A stretch of DNA of 64,000 nt from Marsupella aquatica (taxonomy: Eukaryota > Plantae > Marchantiophyta). The position numbers and the translations under genes are program-made. The notes under the pieces are model-generated. The model had not been told where the DNA came from. It saw nothing but the letters and a program-made list of their open reading frames with translations, and ran no database searches. Each line of letters opens with the position of its first letter. Position 1 is the stretch's first letter. The stretch is from contig OZ316893.1 in the NCBI GenBank assembly GCA_973895155.1, positions 25,347,520 through 25,411,519 of the forward strand, in the 5' to 3' direction. Below are positions 42,146 through 52,969 of this stretch, in pieces.

Positions 42146-45120
42146 GCTGTGGGAGCTTGTGTGTCCAAACTCCCTATCACCCCGCTTGAGTAGAACAGGC
42201 ACTCCGACATAATATACCCTGTTGCCATACTTCCCTCTGGTCAAGCGGGTTGGTGCACGCAAGGCTTTAGCACTTTCATGAACCGCTCTACCCAATACAT
42301 CCACCGCGCATGCTCTGGACCAGCAATGGCTACCTCATCCACCAGATGACATAGCAAATGCAACTGCATGTCAAAAATACATGGGGGAAACACCTTCTCC
42401 ATATTGCACATAACACGGGCAGACCGTTCCCTCATCTCGGGAATCTCACTCTCCCTTATTTCCTTGGCGCATACCCACCTGTAAGGGGTACTCAAGATTT
42501 TGTCAAATTATTAGTATGATAAACATATGCAATGATCATATCATAAATATATGCCAACAAGACTATGCTAACCTGAAAATGGAGCACAACTCATATACTG
42601 TATGTCGGAGTAGGCGTCGCTCTCTAGAATCATCCTAACAACGCAAGACAGCAGGTAACACATGCTGAATCAACTTGTGATAATTGTGAGACTTCAAGCC
42701 GATTGGGGGTATGTGGTCTTCCCTTGTAGTGCACCCACGGAAGCCGGCTCCGTAATGGCTAGGGAATTTCATTTCACATATCATCCCGTTCATCTCCTTC
42801 AAAATCTGTTTTGGCAAAACCCAAGGAGCAGGTGGCTTCTCCCCATCTCGAGTTATCCAACAACTCTTGACCACTCCAACCTGCTTTGCATCCTCTCGGA
42901 CCCCACGAGTATCATTCATCCCATAAATGTGCTTCACCAGGTTCTTGGCAACATTTACTTCAATATGCATGGGGTCCAACAACCATCGGATGTGGAGCCT
43001 CTACAAGATGAAGAACCAGGTTGTGCTAGTGAGAAACTCATAAATAGAATACTACAAGTCACTAACTTAAAATAGGTCCAATCTGATTTTACTTACCCTC
43101 CAATAAGGCAAGTCCCACAAAGCTGAGCGACGATTGACACCACAGTGCTTAGGTTGAAGTAACTTTGCCTCCACTTTCTCCGCCATTTGAATTTGACCCT
43201 CAGCTGAAGGCCCATTGGGACATGGCCTAAACTCAGTCTCAGCCCAATGTGTGGTGCTATGTCGCAATATATCGTCCATTGGCAAACGAACCCTACTGCC
43301 TTCATGTGTGGTTTTGTGCAGACGTTTGGAGTATCTCCCATGCAACTCAGGACCACATGAAGGGCAAGCTGAATAACCGGCCACTTTCAAGCCAGATATT
43401 GTGCCCATACCTGTCAATGACATTTAAAACATTCAGGCCAAAATCCATTGTCACATGCAATAGAACCATGCACAATGTATATCTCAATTATTTCTATGAC
43501 TGAGAATTACCTGGACCATCCGTGGTGCAATGGGTGATCATTGCTCTCATATTAAATGTCCTCCCATTATCCGGTGTACGAGTCACATCTGTGGTCACTG
43601 CCCCAAACTCCCATAGGTTCTGCAACTCTTCATAAGCTGGAGCCAAACAAATGTCTGGATTTTTACAGGCCTGAGGACCCGGAATGATAGCAAGGAGGAG
43701 AACATGACCCTTCTTCATCACCAACCATGGAGGGATATTTTGATTGAGCAAAAGAACTGGCCATATGGACTTAGGCTTCCGTCGTTGCTTGTATGGGTTT
43801 ACCCCATCTATTGCTAACCCAAATCGAACGTTCCTTGGCTCCCTAGAAAAATGCGGCCAAGTGCTGTCGATGTGCTTCCATGCTGGACTATCGTGGTGAT
43901 ACCGCATAATCCCTGGTGGAGATTTGTTCTCAGCATGCCATGTTTGAAGTGCTGATAAATGTTTCCGTCGATAAAGATGCTGTAGTCGGGGTGTGATCGG
44001 GAAATACCTGAAGACTTGCCATAAACAGTGTTACAAGCATCACTTCGACGTTAAATCAAAGTTAATGTCGTCTCACAAGACATAAATATACCTGTACAAT
44101 GTAACATACGACGTAAAGTTTCTCAGCGATGTTAGTAACGTCGGCTACTTCAGTTTACGTCTTAATTAACGACGTAAATATATGTGTACCATGTAGTAGA
44201 CGACGTAAAAACTACAGGTGATTTGGAGACGTAAGTTACATCTTTAGAAAGGACGTACGTGTGCGTACATCAGAAATGACGAGGAAAATGGGCAAAACTA
44301 CGTTCTAACAAACGTAACACCGCCAGGAGGAGGAGGACATCACCTTCTCTGGGAACTTTTTGCCGATGGTATCCGGTCGGTACCGTGGAAGCTTACATTG
44401 TGCCTCTGGGCACTCTGTATGCTCAGAGTATGTCCCTCTGTACAGGATGCAACCACTTGGACACATGTGGATAGTCTCTAAAGCCAATCCAATTGAGGTT
44501 AACAACTTCTTAGCTTCCCTCACACACCGAGGGAGAGTGTTTGGTTGGGGCAAGAGTTTTTTGTGGAATAGTGCATCTGTATGGACGTTTGAAGTGTTGA
44601 AAACTCCCTGCAAATTCAACATCAACAAAGTGGCACCCAACCTACATTTGTGAAACCAGGGATTTGTATGCAATTTGTTTGAGGTATGACATTGGGTGTG
44701 GTAAGTAATGGTCGAAACATTGGGTGTGGTAAGTAATGGTCGACACATGATACTATTCAATCATGAGACTTACCGTGATGATGGAGAATCCAGGAAGAGT
44801 GGAGTTCTGGCTTCCATTTCCAACTGGTCCCAATCTTCCTGGTCTACTTCCATGGTAGGCCTCTCGCCCCGAGGTGCATGTGGTCCAAAGTGAACGTCCA
44901 CAAGGTGGGCAAAAGCTTCCTCTTCAAGAATGGGTGCATCCCCCTCATCTCCACTGTCCTCATCAAAGTCTCCATCATATGCATCATGGTACTCCTCATG
45001 GTCACTATCCCCCTCAACATCTTCCTCATCAGAAAAGTGCAGAGTGGCCCGTAGGTGAAAGTCACGCGCTGACATCGTCATCATGGATGGGTGAGGTGTA
45101 GGGGTAATGTATGCACCATC
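42146..45120 (-). pseudogene. TnpD/Tnp2 transposase of the outer element, 5' part (multi-exon, disrupted)
   Basis: Motifs HMCPSGCILY..ECP...PRY, DSPAWKHID..EPRNVRFGLAIDGVNPY, LDPMHIEVNV, FPPCIFDMQLHLLCHL..WMYWVERFM. Interrupted by introns, frameshifts and the inner CACTA. Confidence 0.92.
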
Positions 45121-45224
45121 CTACAATTGTTTAATACAATATTATAATCAAACAAATAATAAAATATGATTTAATGCAATATGCAACAATGGGTCCATAT
45201 ATTCTGAATGTATCATGTCCATCC

Positions 45225-46686
45225 TCAATGCCAATCATAATCTACAAAAATCTCTTCCCCTGCTCGAATGGTGCGGCTAGCATGGGTCAAGATGTAATGA
45301 GTACAAGCCTGTGGCAAACGAGGGTGGGTCTGGTCATGGTACTCGTGCCACTCAGCGTTTGGCCTAAAACCTAAATGCCGACAACCCACAGTGCTATTGA
45401 TGTAACCTGCCAAGTTTCCAGTGCGGGGTGGATAACCATCCATCTGAGCATACCTAGGCTCTAGCTTGACAGACATGCCATATCGACCAAAGGTCGGACA
45501 TTGTCGAGACAAGATGCGCCATCGCTGTGCAGAATACTTTGGCCCATAGAATGGAAAGAGCTGAGGCAAGTCCTCGGGCTGACAACCATCAGGGACCACA
45601 ATATCTACAAGTGCAAATAATCCTAATCCTACGTTGGGGCCCAATGTGGAGGGAAGGAGGACCCAAGGGCGGCCCCAGACTATGATAGGTTCCCTGATTG
45701 GAAGGTCCAATGGGAGCCCAAATTGGGTAGGAAATGAGTCCTTTATGATGTCCAAGGCTCTCCCACGTAACTCTCTCGGTTCCTGGGCACTAGATGCATC
45801 AAGAAAAGGGCAATGGGTTGGCCTCATCCTAGGTGGACGAGACTCCAACGACCGTGGTCTAGTACTGACCACTACTCCCCTCTCAATAGGGTGCACCCGT
45901 GCCACCCTCACCCTATCAAATACACGGTCTATTGCCCGTAAGGTGGCATCTAGTGCCGATGGGGGGACCAGTGCAGAGAGCGCTCGACGTGCAACCTCTC
46001 TCATGCGGTCCTTAGGGGGAGACCGTACAATAAGAATCTGTTCCACATGTATGCAACAAAATTTCAGAAAGCGAGAAACATGAACATTGCTCAAGAAGCC
46101 AACCTACCTCAAAATGGTTGTGCAAAAGGATAAAACTTACCTCTGGTGTCGGTGGAACATAACGACCGTGGATCCCTAAGTGGCTAACGATGGTAGTGCT
46201 CTCGTGAGATACAACGCCCTTGCATTGTCTACAAGGGCAAGGCATCTTGCGGACTGGTCCAATACCATGAAGAGCAACCATGGCCGCTCCAAACCCCTCC
46301 TCCACTGGCAAAGGTGAGCTGTATGCCTGGGGCTCATGTGATCGCCGGCGACGGTGTGACCGATGATGGTGGCTCCTCTCTCTCCTTCCGTCCTCATGAC
46401 TGGGACGGTGATGACGTCAAGATCCACTAGTCGTCCTCCGAGGCAATGACTCATGACCCCTGCTCTCTGGTGAATAATCCCTCCTCTGCAGCAAATAATC
46501 CCTCCTATCCAGTGAGTCATCCCTCCACCTATCCGGCGTATAGTCCCTCCTCCTAACCAGCGAATGATCCCTCCTCCTATCCGGCAAATAGTCTCTACCC
46601 CTATCACGATGCCGGTATCTGGAGCCAAGACTCGTATCCCCATCATCTCTCTCATCAGACAGAGAGTCTGATGCATAGATCACCAT
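45225..46686 (-). pseudogene. SET-domain protein with RD-rich and CPCRQC..H N-terminal exon, outer element; one in-frame TGA at 46417-46419
   Basis: Exon 46686-46141 (donor GAG|gtaagt) joins in frame to exon 46037-45225 (acceptor aacag|). SET motifs: VGLGLFA, FYGP, MDGYP..GNLAGYINS, PNAEW, ASRTIRAGEEIFVDYDW*. Clearly homologous to the inner SET ORF. Confidence 0.82.
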
Positions 46687-48299
46687 GCCCTGCAACAAAT
46701 TGAACCGTCTTTGATTAATGCGTAGGGAAGGATCCAAACCTTAAACCTACCACACAAACCCTAACCCTAAAGTATAATGCCATACAGTACGTTACAAGGC
46801 CTTAACGTCATTTTTCGAAGCAACCCTAACATTTAACGTCGTCAATGGACCCGCAAACAATGACCTTTAAAACACAAAGGACGATGTTTATCTAGATTAA
46901 CGTCGTTAAGTACGATGTATTATGTACGTCATTTCACCTAACGACGTATGTTACGATGTAAAATCAGGAAAACGGCGGATCCGCGAGGTTAGGCATCCCC
47001 GGTCATTTCCTTTGGGAAACATCGGGGGAGTATCAAGGGAGTGTTTGAATGTGACTCACATTCGACATTCCCCACCTCTAGTCCTTACCTCTCCTTGCCT
47101 CCTCTACCTCACATAATTGCTCACAGAATAGTCTGCCATGTCGTATCCAGGCTATCTTCCCTGTAGTATGAACTTTGATGCACTGAAGCTGGGTCTGGAG
47201 GATCCAGAGGAGTTGGAGAAGGTGCATCGAGCCCTACGTTCGACACATTCACTAGTTCAAGCATTCAACCACAGTTGACAATTCATGGGAGGACAAGGAA
47301 CAAAGGCGTCCAGGTTCATAGAATACCTGGAGAGTATTGAGGCCAACACTCCTGCCGACGAGGAGGGGGCCGAGATTGAGGAGGGGGCCGCGATTGAAGT
47401 GACTGAATCCGCGCCCGAGCTTGATGGGGCATCGATTGATATGCTGCCTTCGTTCCCGAGTCTACCAAACGATGGTTGGGATGATCCTGGCTTCACTGGG
47501 ATTCAACTAGATTCTTAGGCAGCAGCTCGAACTCCTATCAAGAGTCAAGTGACAATCCCACATGAGAGATACAGGCCAGAAGATGATAGGAGGGACCATC
47601 GGCAACATAGGAGGAGGAGGAGGCGATCTCGTTCTTCGTCAAATAGCAGCACTGAAAGGAGAAGGCGAAAGGGGAAAGGATCCAATGACCACAATGCAGG
47701 CACTTCTAGCAAGAGACATAGGGGAGATCGACATACAGGAGCAGAGAGGAGAGAAGACCACTCACGATCGTTTCCTCCAGAGCGGCGACGTCCTTCTCAG
47801 CAAGCTGCAGCTGCTTCTGCCAAGAGGGAGCACCTTCCCACCATCACCCTTGCCGCTTTTGATGCTAGGCCGGACGTCATGGATGAGAAAGCACTCACGA
47901 ACAGAGTGCAGACGTGCGTAGCTAAACACTGTCCCGGTTGGACTACTTGGAAGGAGCTTGTGCATAACCAGAAGAAGTTCCAATTGCTCCTGAATGACGT
48001 GCATGCTGGATTCAGAAATGGGCAAGAGATTGACTACCGCCACATTAGGAAGAAGATCGTGAATCACCTAGCTGATCAACGTTTCAGGTGGAGAGCCAAG
48101 GTCCGAAAATTGAGATGCTTGAGGACAGGGGATTACAAGAAACCTGATGGGATGAGTGAAGAGGACTTCAAATTGGTTGTCTCCAAATTGGAAGCAGCCC
48201 TAGACACCCCAGTTGGCAAGCGAGTGCATATGGGAGACAAGGCCACTGCTGTTCAAAAAGCGAGTGGCAAGAAGGTGACTAATTTTGGGGGGCAGGGAG

Positions 48300-51200
48300 T
48301 GTGATGCCTAGACAGGAATCACTCGGCCAGTTAAGTGGGTAAAGCAGGAAGGCACCCTAGGAACACCTTAGTATAGGGACAAAACAAGGAAAATAAAAAC
48401 AATTAGGGGCAACCATGGAACCCGGGCCGAGGCTGGAGGTAAGGACGCTGAGGGTGAAAACTCGATTAGGGTTAGGGCGCGTTAAGCGTCGGCGGCTAGG
48501 AAGGATCAACGGGAAGAAGGACCGGCAGAGGAGAGGGGTAAGGAGCGCTTGCAGGAGATGGTGGCTCATTTGCGAGCACGAACTAGGCAGACGACTACGG
48601 GAGGCCAACTACTGTCAGCTGCTTAGGCAAGCACTCGGGGAGAGAGTAGATACCGACGATCGACCTAAGGAGGGTATGAGCAACGTCAATCAAGCGGCAC
48701 ATTTCTGGGGATGCCTGTTCGAACGGGCAACTGAGTACATCAAGACTTACGAGGACGAGGAATCAGAAAGGGCAGCTCGAGAATGGCAGGAGCTCGCTCG
48801 ATTGTGGGAGCTGCAGAAGACGGCTTTCTTAGGAGGCGAACTCATCAAGGACGAGTTCCTATGGACGCCTACTTCCAATCAACTCGACAATCTTCTGTTT
48901 TGCAAAGACAGCGTCGTCGGCATCCGAGAGGCCATCAAGAACTGCAACGACATACACTGGGAATTAAAGGGTAGCACGGAAAGGTGGACCCAGGCAACGG
49001 TGCTAGGAGAAACCTCCACGACAGCAGAGATGAAGAGGAAGGGAGCCGTCAACGATGAAGCCATCCCGGCAAAAAGAACGAGGTCGGCGGCACCAAAGAA
49101 GCCAGCCGAGCAGCAGAGCAGGAGGCAGGGAGAAGCCGAAGAGGAGGAGGTCGATCCCATCAAGGCCATTCCAACCAGGGATGACACCTGGAAGGGCTGG
49201 GCAGCAACCCTACCGGTGGAGGTGCAACTACATTTTGCACGGGAGGAGGATGCATGCTTTACGGCCATGCAGACCAAGAAGTACCAAGGCTTCATGGCCG
49301 GATCCGGCTTAGAGGCCTTTGTAAGATTACCATGGCTGAAGCCGGAGGTACCGGAGTCTGACCTATTAGAATTCGTGGGGTCATGGGAACCCGAGACCAA
49401 TTGCACGAGGATATATGGGAAGGATTTCTATCTTACTCCCAAGGTAATTGCCGAAGTGTTTGGCTTGCCGATAGGCAATAAGACCAAAGTTGATACCAGG
49501 AAGACCTTGCCTGACAAGGAGTTCCGGTCATTCCCCGGGCCATCAACGAAGAATGGCTTCTTCCGGAACACCTGCACCAACCCGCACATAGGAGAGATGA
49601 TCAACTTCTTGCGGGTGACCATGCATTGTAACTTGCCGAGGGCAGAGATCGGCAAGGCACAGGTCTATCTGGCAGAGAGGCCAGACCCAAGCCGGGACTA
49701 CAACGGGTACCTCCTCAACCAATTGAAGAAGATCTTAAAGGAGGAGCAGCAGGTAATCGGCATGGGGAGCGTGTCGCGGCTTGGCTATCACATGCCGCTG
49801 TTGTGCCGGTATGCCAGAGGTCAGATTTTTGCCCCAGTACTTCCCCTGCAGGTAAGGGCACCCAAGAAAGCTCCAACGCCGAGGCCGTTGGCTGAGAAGC
49901 CTCAACCACCTGTTAGCCCTACGATCAAGCAGGTGTTTAGACCCAGGAAGGAGGACTTGCCGATGCAGCAACCAGGCATGCAGAGTCTGCTGAAACTACT
50001 GGAGAAAGAAAAGAGATCGGCATCGGCAACAACAACGGCAACAGCAACAATGCAGGACACTACTACAGAGGTAGGCCTACACCGGCTCACAAGAGAAAAC
50101 CCCTTTGCTGGAGACAAGGAGAGAATCAGGCCGGAATCCAAGCCAGGTGTTCGAATGTATGTGGGAATCTCAAGCTCCGAATCTGAGGCAGAATTGCCTG
50201 AAGCTCCTACCGACGAAGAGGAGAGGGAGAAGTCGGACGTCCAAGAAGTAGAGGAGGCAGTGGAGGACTGCAGCCTTGATAATTCCGGCTATGGGTCGGA
50301 CCATCACATTCCAGGAGTAAGGACCTGTGGCCGGTTTGTCCCCACACTTCCAAGGGTAGTGCGAGGGGACCCCAACCAGCAGAGTAGCCCTGAGTCTCCC
50401 CCACCAGATGTTGCTCCCCCGAGCTTTGACGGCATAAAATAGACGGTGCAGGAATTTCAGGAGTGAATCAGGGAGGAAGAGGAGGCAGCCCTGGCTAGGG
50501 AAAAGGATTTACCAGGAGGAGATTGGCCGGAGGACATCAGGCGGCTAGCCGAAAAAGGAAGCAAACCTCTAGCCACGATTGAAGAGATCCGCAAGACGGC
50601 TTGGGAGCAGAGGCCGCGATGGGCGATGCCGATCACTTCTACTTACTCCACCTACGCTAAGAATAGAGCCATGGAGTATGGTGAGATGTGTGGGGAACTT
50701 GCACTCGGCATCTTTGGAGAGGAGTTGGAGGTAGGACCCTTTTTCCATAGGGAGCAGTTGGAGAAGCACCAATTAGAAGAAGCGGTGGCTTTAGAGAGAA
50801 GCAAGAAGGACGAGGTCATTCGGCGGCTTAGGAGGATGGAAGCCGAGATTGAAGATCTAAAGGCGGCCAAGAAAGCCCAAGATGAACTGCGGATTAAACG
50901 GCATGAGCTGAACATCATGCAGGGGCAGTTGGACACCGCGCAGGCTGATAATCAGAATATCAAGGATAAACTGACTCAGACGCAGGGAGAGTTGGCCGAC
51001 ACGATCAAAGAGAGGGAGAAGTGGAAGCGAGAGCTGAAGAATACAGAGGAGGCCCACATAACAGCCAACAGCCGGGCCATGGCGGAGACCCAAAGAAAGG
51101 AATGGGCGTTGAAGGGGGAGCTCGAGAAAATCCACGGAGCCCTTGAGCAGAAGGAGGCCGAGTTAGGGAATATCAAGGGATTATGGCGCTGCAGCAGGAG

Positions 51201-52969
51201 CTTGCATCCCTGACGGCCAGCTTCAAGGCCGACCTAAGGGAGAAGGACAAGATGCTCGAACAGATTTACGCCAAGATGAACCAGATGGAGTCTGTCATCA
51301 TTGCAGAGCTCGACAAGGAGCTAAGAGCAACCCGGGAGGAGAGGACTACCTTGAAACAAGAACGGGAGGAAGCCCAGAAGGAACTAGAGGAGGCGTGCAA
51401 GGACCTGGATGAGACCCAGGAGGAGTTGGAGGAAATCACGAGGAAGATGGAGAACCTCCAGCGGCGGGCCGACAACCAAACAGAGCGGCTGAAGAAACAA
51501 GCCGCAGTATTCAAGTGCTTGTCTTCATCAGGCCCAACTCCAATTGGGGCAACCAAGTTACCAGGAGTGGTACTGGCTGAAGAAAAAGCCGCGCCACCTG
51601 CACCAGTGCCGGAAGTAAGTGGGAAGGGGAAGGAACCAGCTGCCGAACCAGAAAAGAAGAAGAAGCCGAAACCTTCAGGGTCAAGGAGTAATCCGACTCC
51701 ACAAGCCGTGGTGGCCAAGGAGGTAGAACCAGCACCATCCTCCGGCATGAATACGGCAATAGATCCCGCTATCATCACAGATGGGGGTGGTGCGGCCCAA
51801 GCCGAACTACTCAGTAATGAGGCCGGTATCCCAGATCCGCCTCTTGAGCAGGCCGGGGAGACCGTAGCCGAGGCTGAGGCCGTAACCGATTCCCGAGCCG
51901 ATGCCGACGCCGATGCCGACGCCGATGGTGGACCCAGTCAGGCCGATGGAGAGTTGACTCAGTCAAGGGCAGGTAATCTGTCAGAGAATGAACCTACGGC
52001 AGTGGCTGAGGAGGAAGCATTGGGGGCGTCCATTAAGGATCCTCCACCGGTGTCATGATGGTGCAAGGGCGCCATTCCTTTTAGGGAGGGCGGACGTGGA
52101 GGGAGGAGGCGTGAGTGGGCAGGGCGGGCGCTGATCTCCAAGTTTAGGATTAGGATCAGGACCAGGAGCGACCCTGACACTTAGCTTAGTGGGATTGCGG
52201 TTCCACTGGTAGGAGCAACACTTGTGCTCCTGCCTTGCTGTACATAGGTAGATTCGGGCAAGTAGATTATTGTTAGGTAGATTAGGCTTACGATGCAAAG
52301 AATGGCGGATCCACTACCAGGATAAGTACCTGGGCAGCGGGGAGCTCAGGGCCTCTTCTTTAGCAAGTTTTTAGTTTGCACCAGCCGGGCTGGGATCAAG
52401 TAGTATGAGAAGCTCTCGGTTAGTCATACAGTGACCCTTGTGTATATTCATGTTTCCTCATGCCTAAGAGCTGAATAGAGTTGGCCTCACGGCTTAGTTC
52501 GTAGAGCTTGTGTATGAGATGTCCTGTTTGTATGGCAAGTGCATGGTATGACTCAGTCAGAATGAGTCATTTTGCTATTTGTGTGTCGCATTAACTTGTG
52601 TGAAGAGTGCCCACATCAACCAGAAGGAAGGAAAGTAAGCAGGGGAGTGAGAGTTGGATGTGTCGAGCTGAGAGAGGTCTTAGCGGCTTAACCAAGCCTA
52701 TTGGGGATCATTCCGGCGGCGGAATCCAAACATACCTAACAAGACGGAGGGGAAGACAGGGGAAGGCCTAGATTAGGCCGGCTACGTATCTCATGACCCG
52801 ATGAAGGATCTGTCCAGTATATATGTGTAAAATATTAATAGTAGTAGTAGAAGGTTAACAGCGTCCCATGCCGCTAAGCCGCGGAAACGGCCTCGCCAAG
52901 CGCGAAACCTGCGGGAATCGGCTTGAGCTGGGGGTTTCTTGGGTTTAGGGAGCCATGGGACGCACCACA
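48300..52969. mobile_element. Solo-LTR-like element B (4.67 kb, TG...CA ends, 5-bp TSD) inserted in the outer TnpA-like gene
   Basis: Ends TGTGATGC ... GCACCACA (7/8 inverted match). TSD GGGAG (48295-48299, 52970-52974). Removal restores NFGGQGGWGGFLATY followed by a gtaagt donor. No RT or integrase inside. Confidence 0.85.
48415..52058 (+). pseudogene. Long ORF of element B (~1200 codons originally): plant-TE accessory-ORF-like domain, Pro/acidic linker and coiled coil
   Basis: ORFs 48415-50442 and 50626-51213 are in one frame across two stops, followed by a frameshift into 51183-52058. Core GLEAFVRLPW..LLEFVGSW..IYGKDFYLTPKVIAEVFGLP. Heptad-rich E/K/L C-terminus. Confidence 0.75.

Noticed and set aside
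50626-52058. Host SMC/myosin-like gene
   Set aside because: Generic coiled coil that is part of the disrupted ORF inside TSD-bounded element B. No ATPase or motor motifs.
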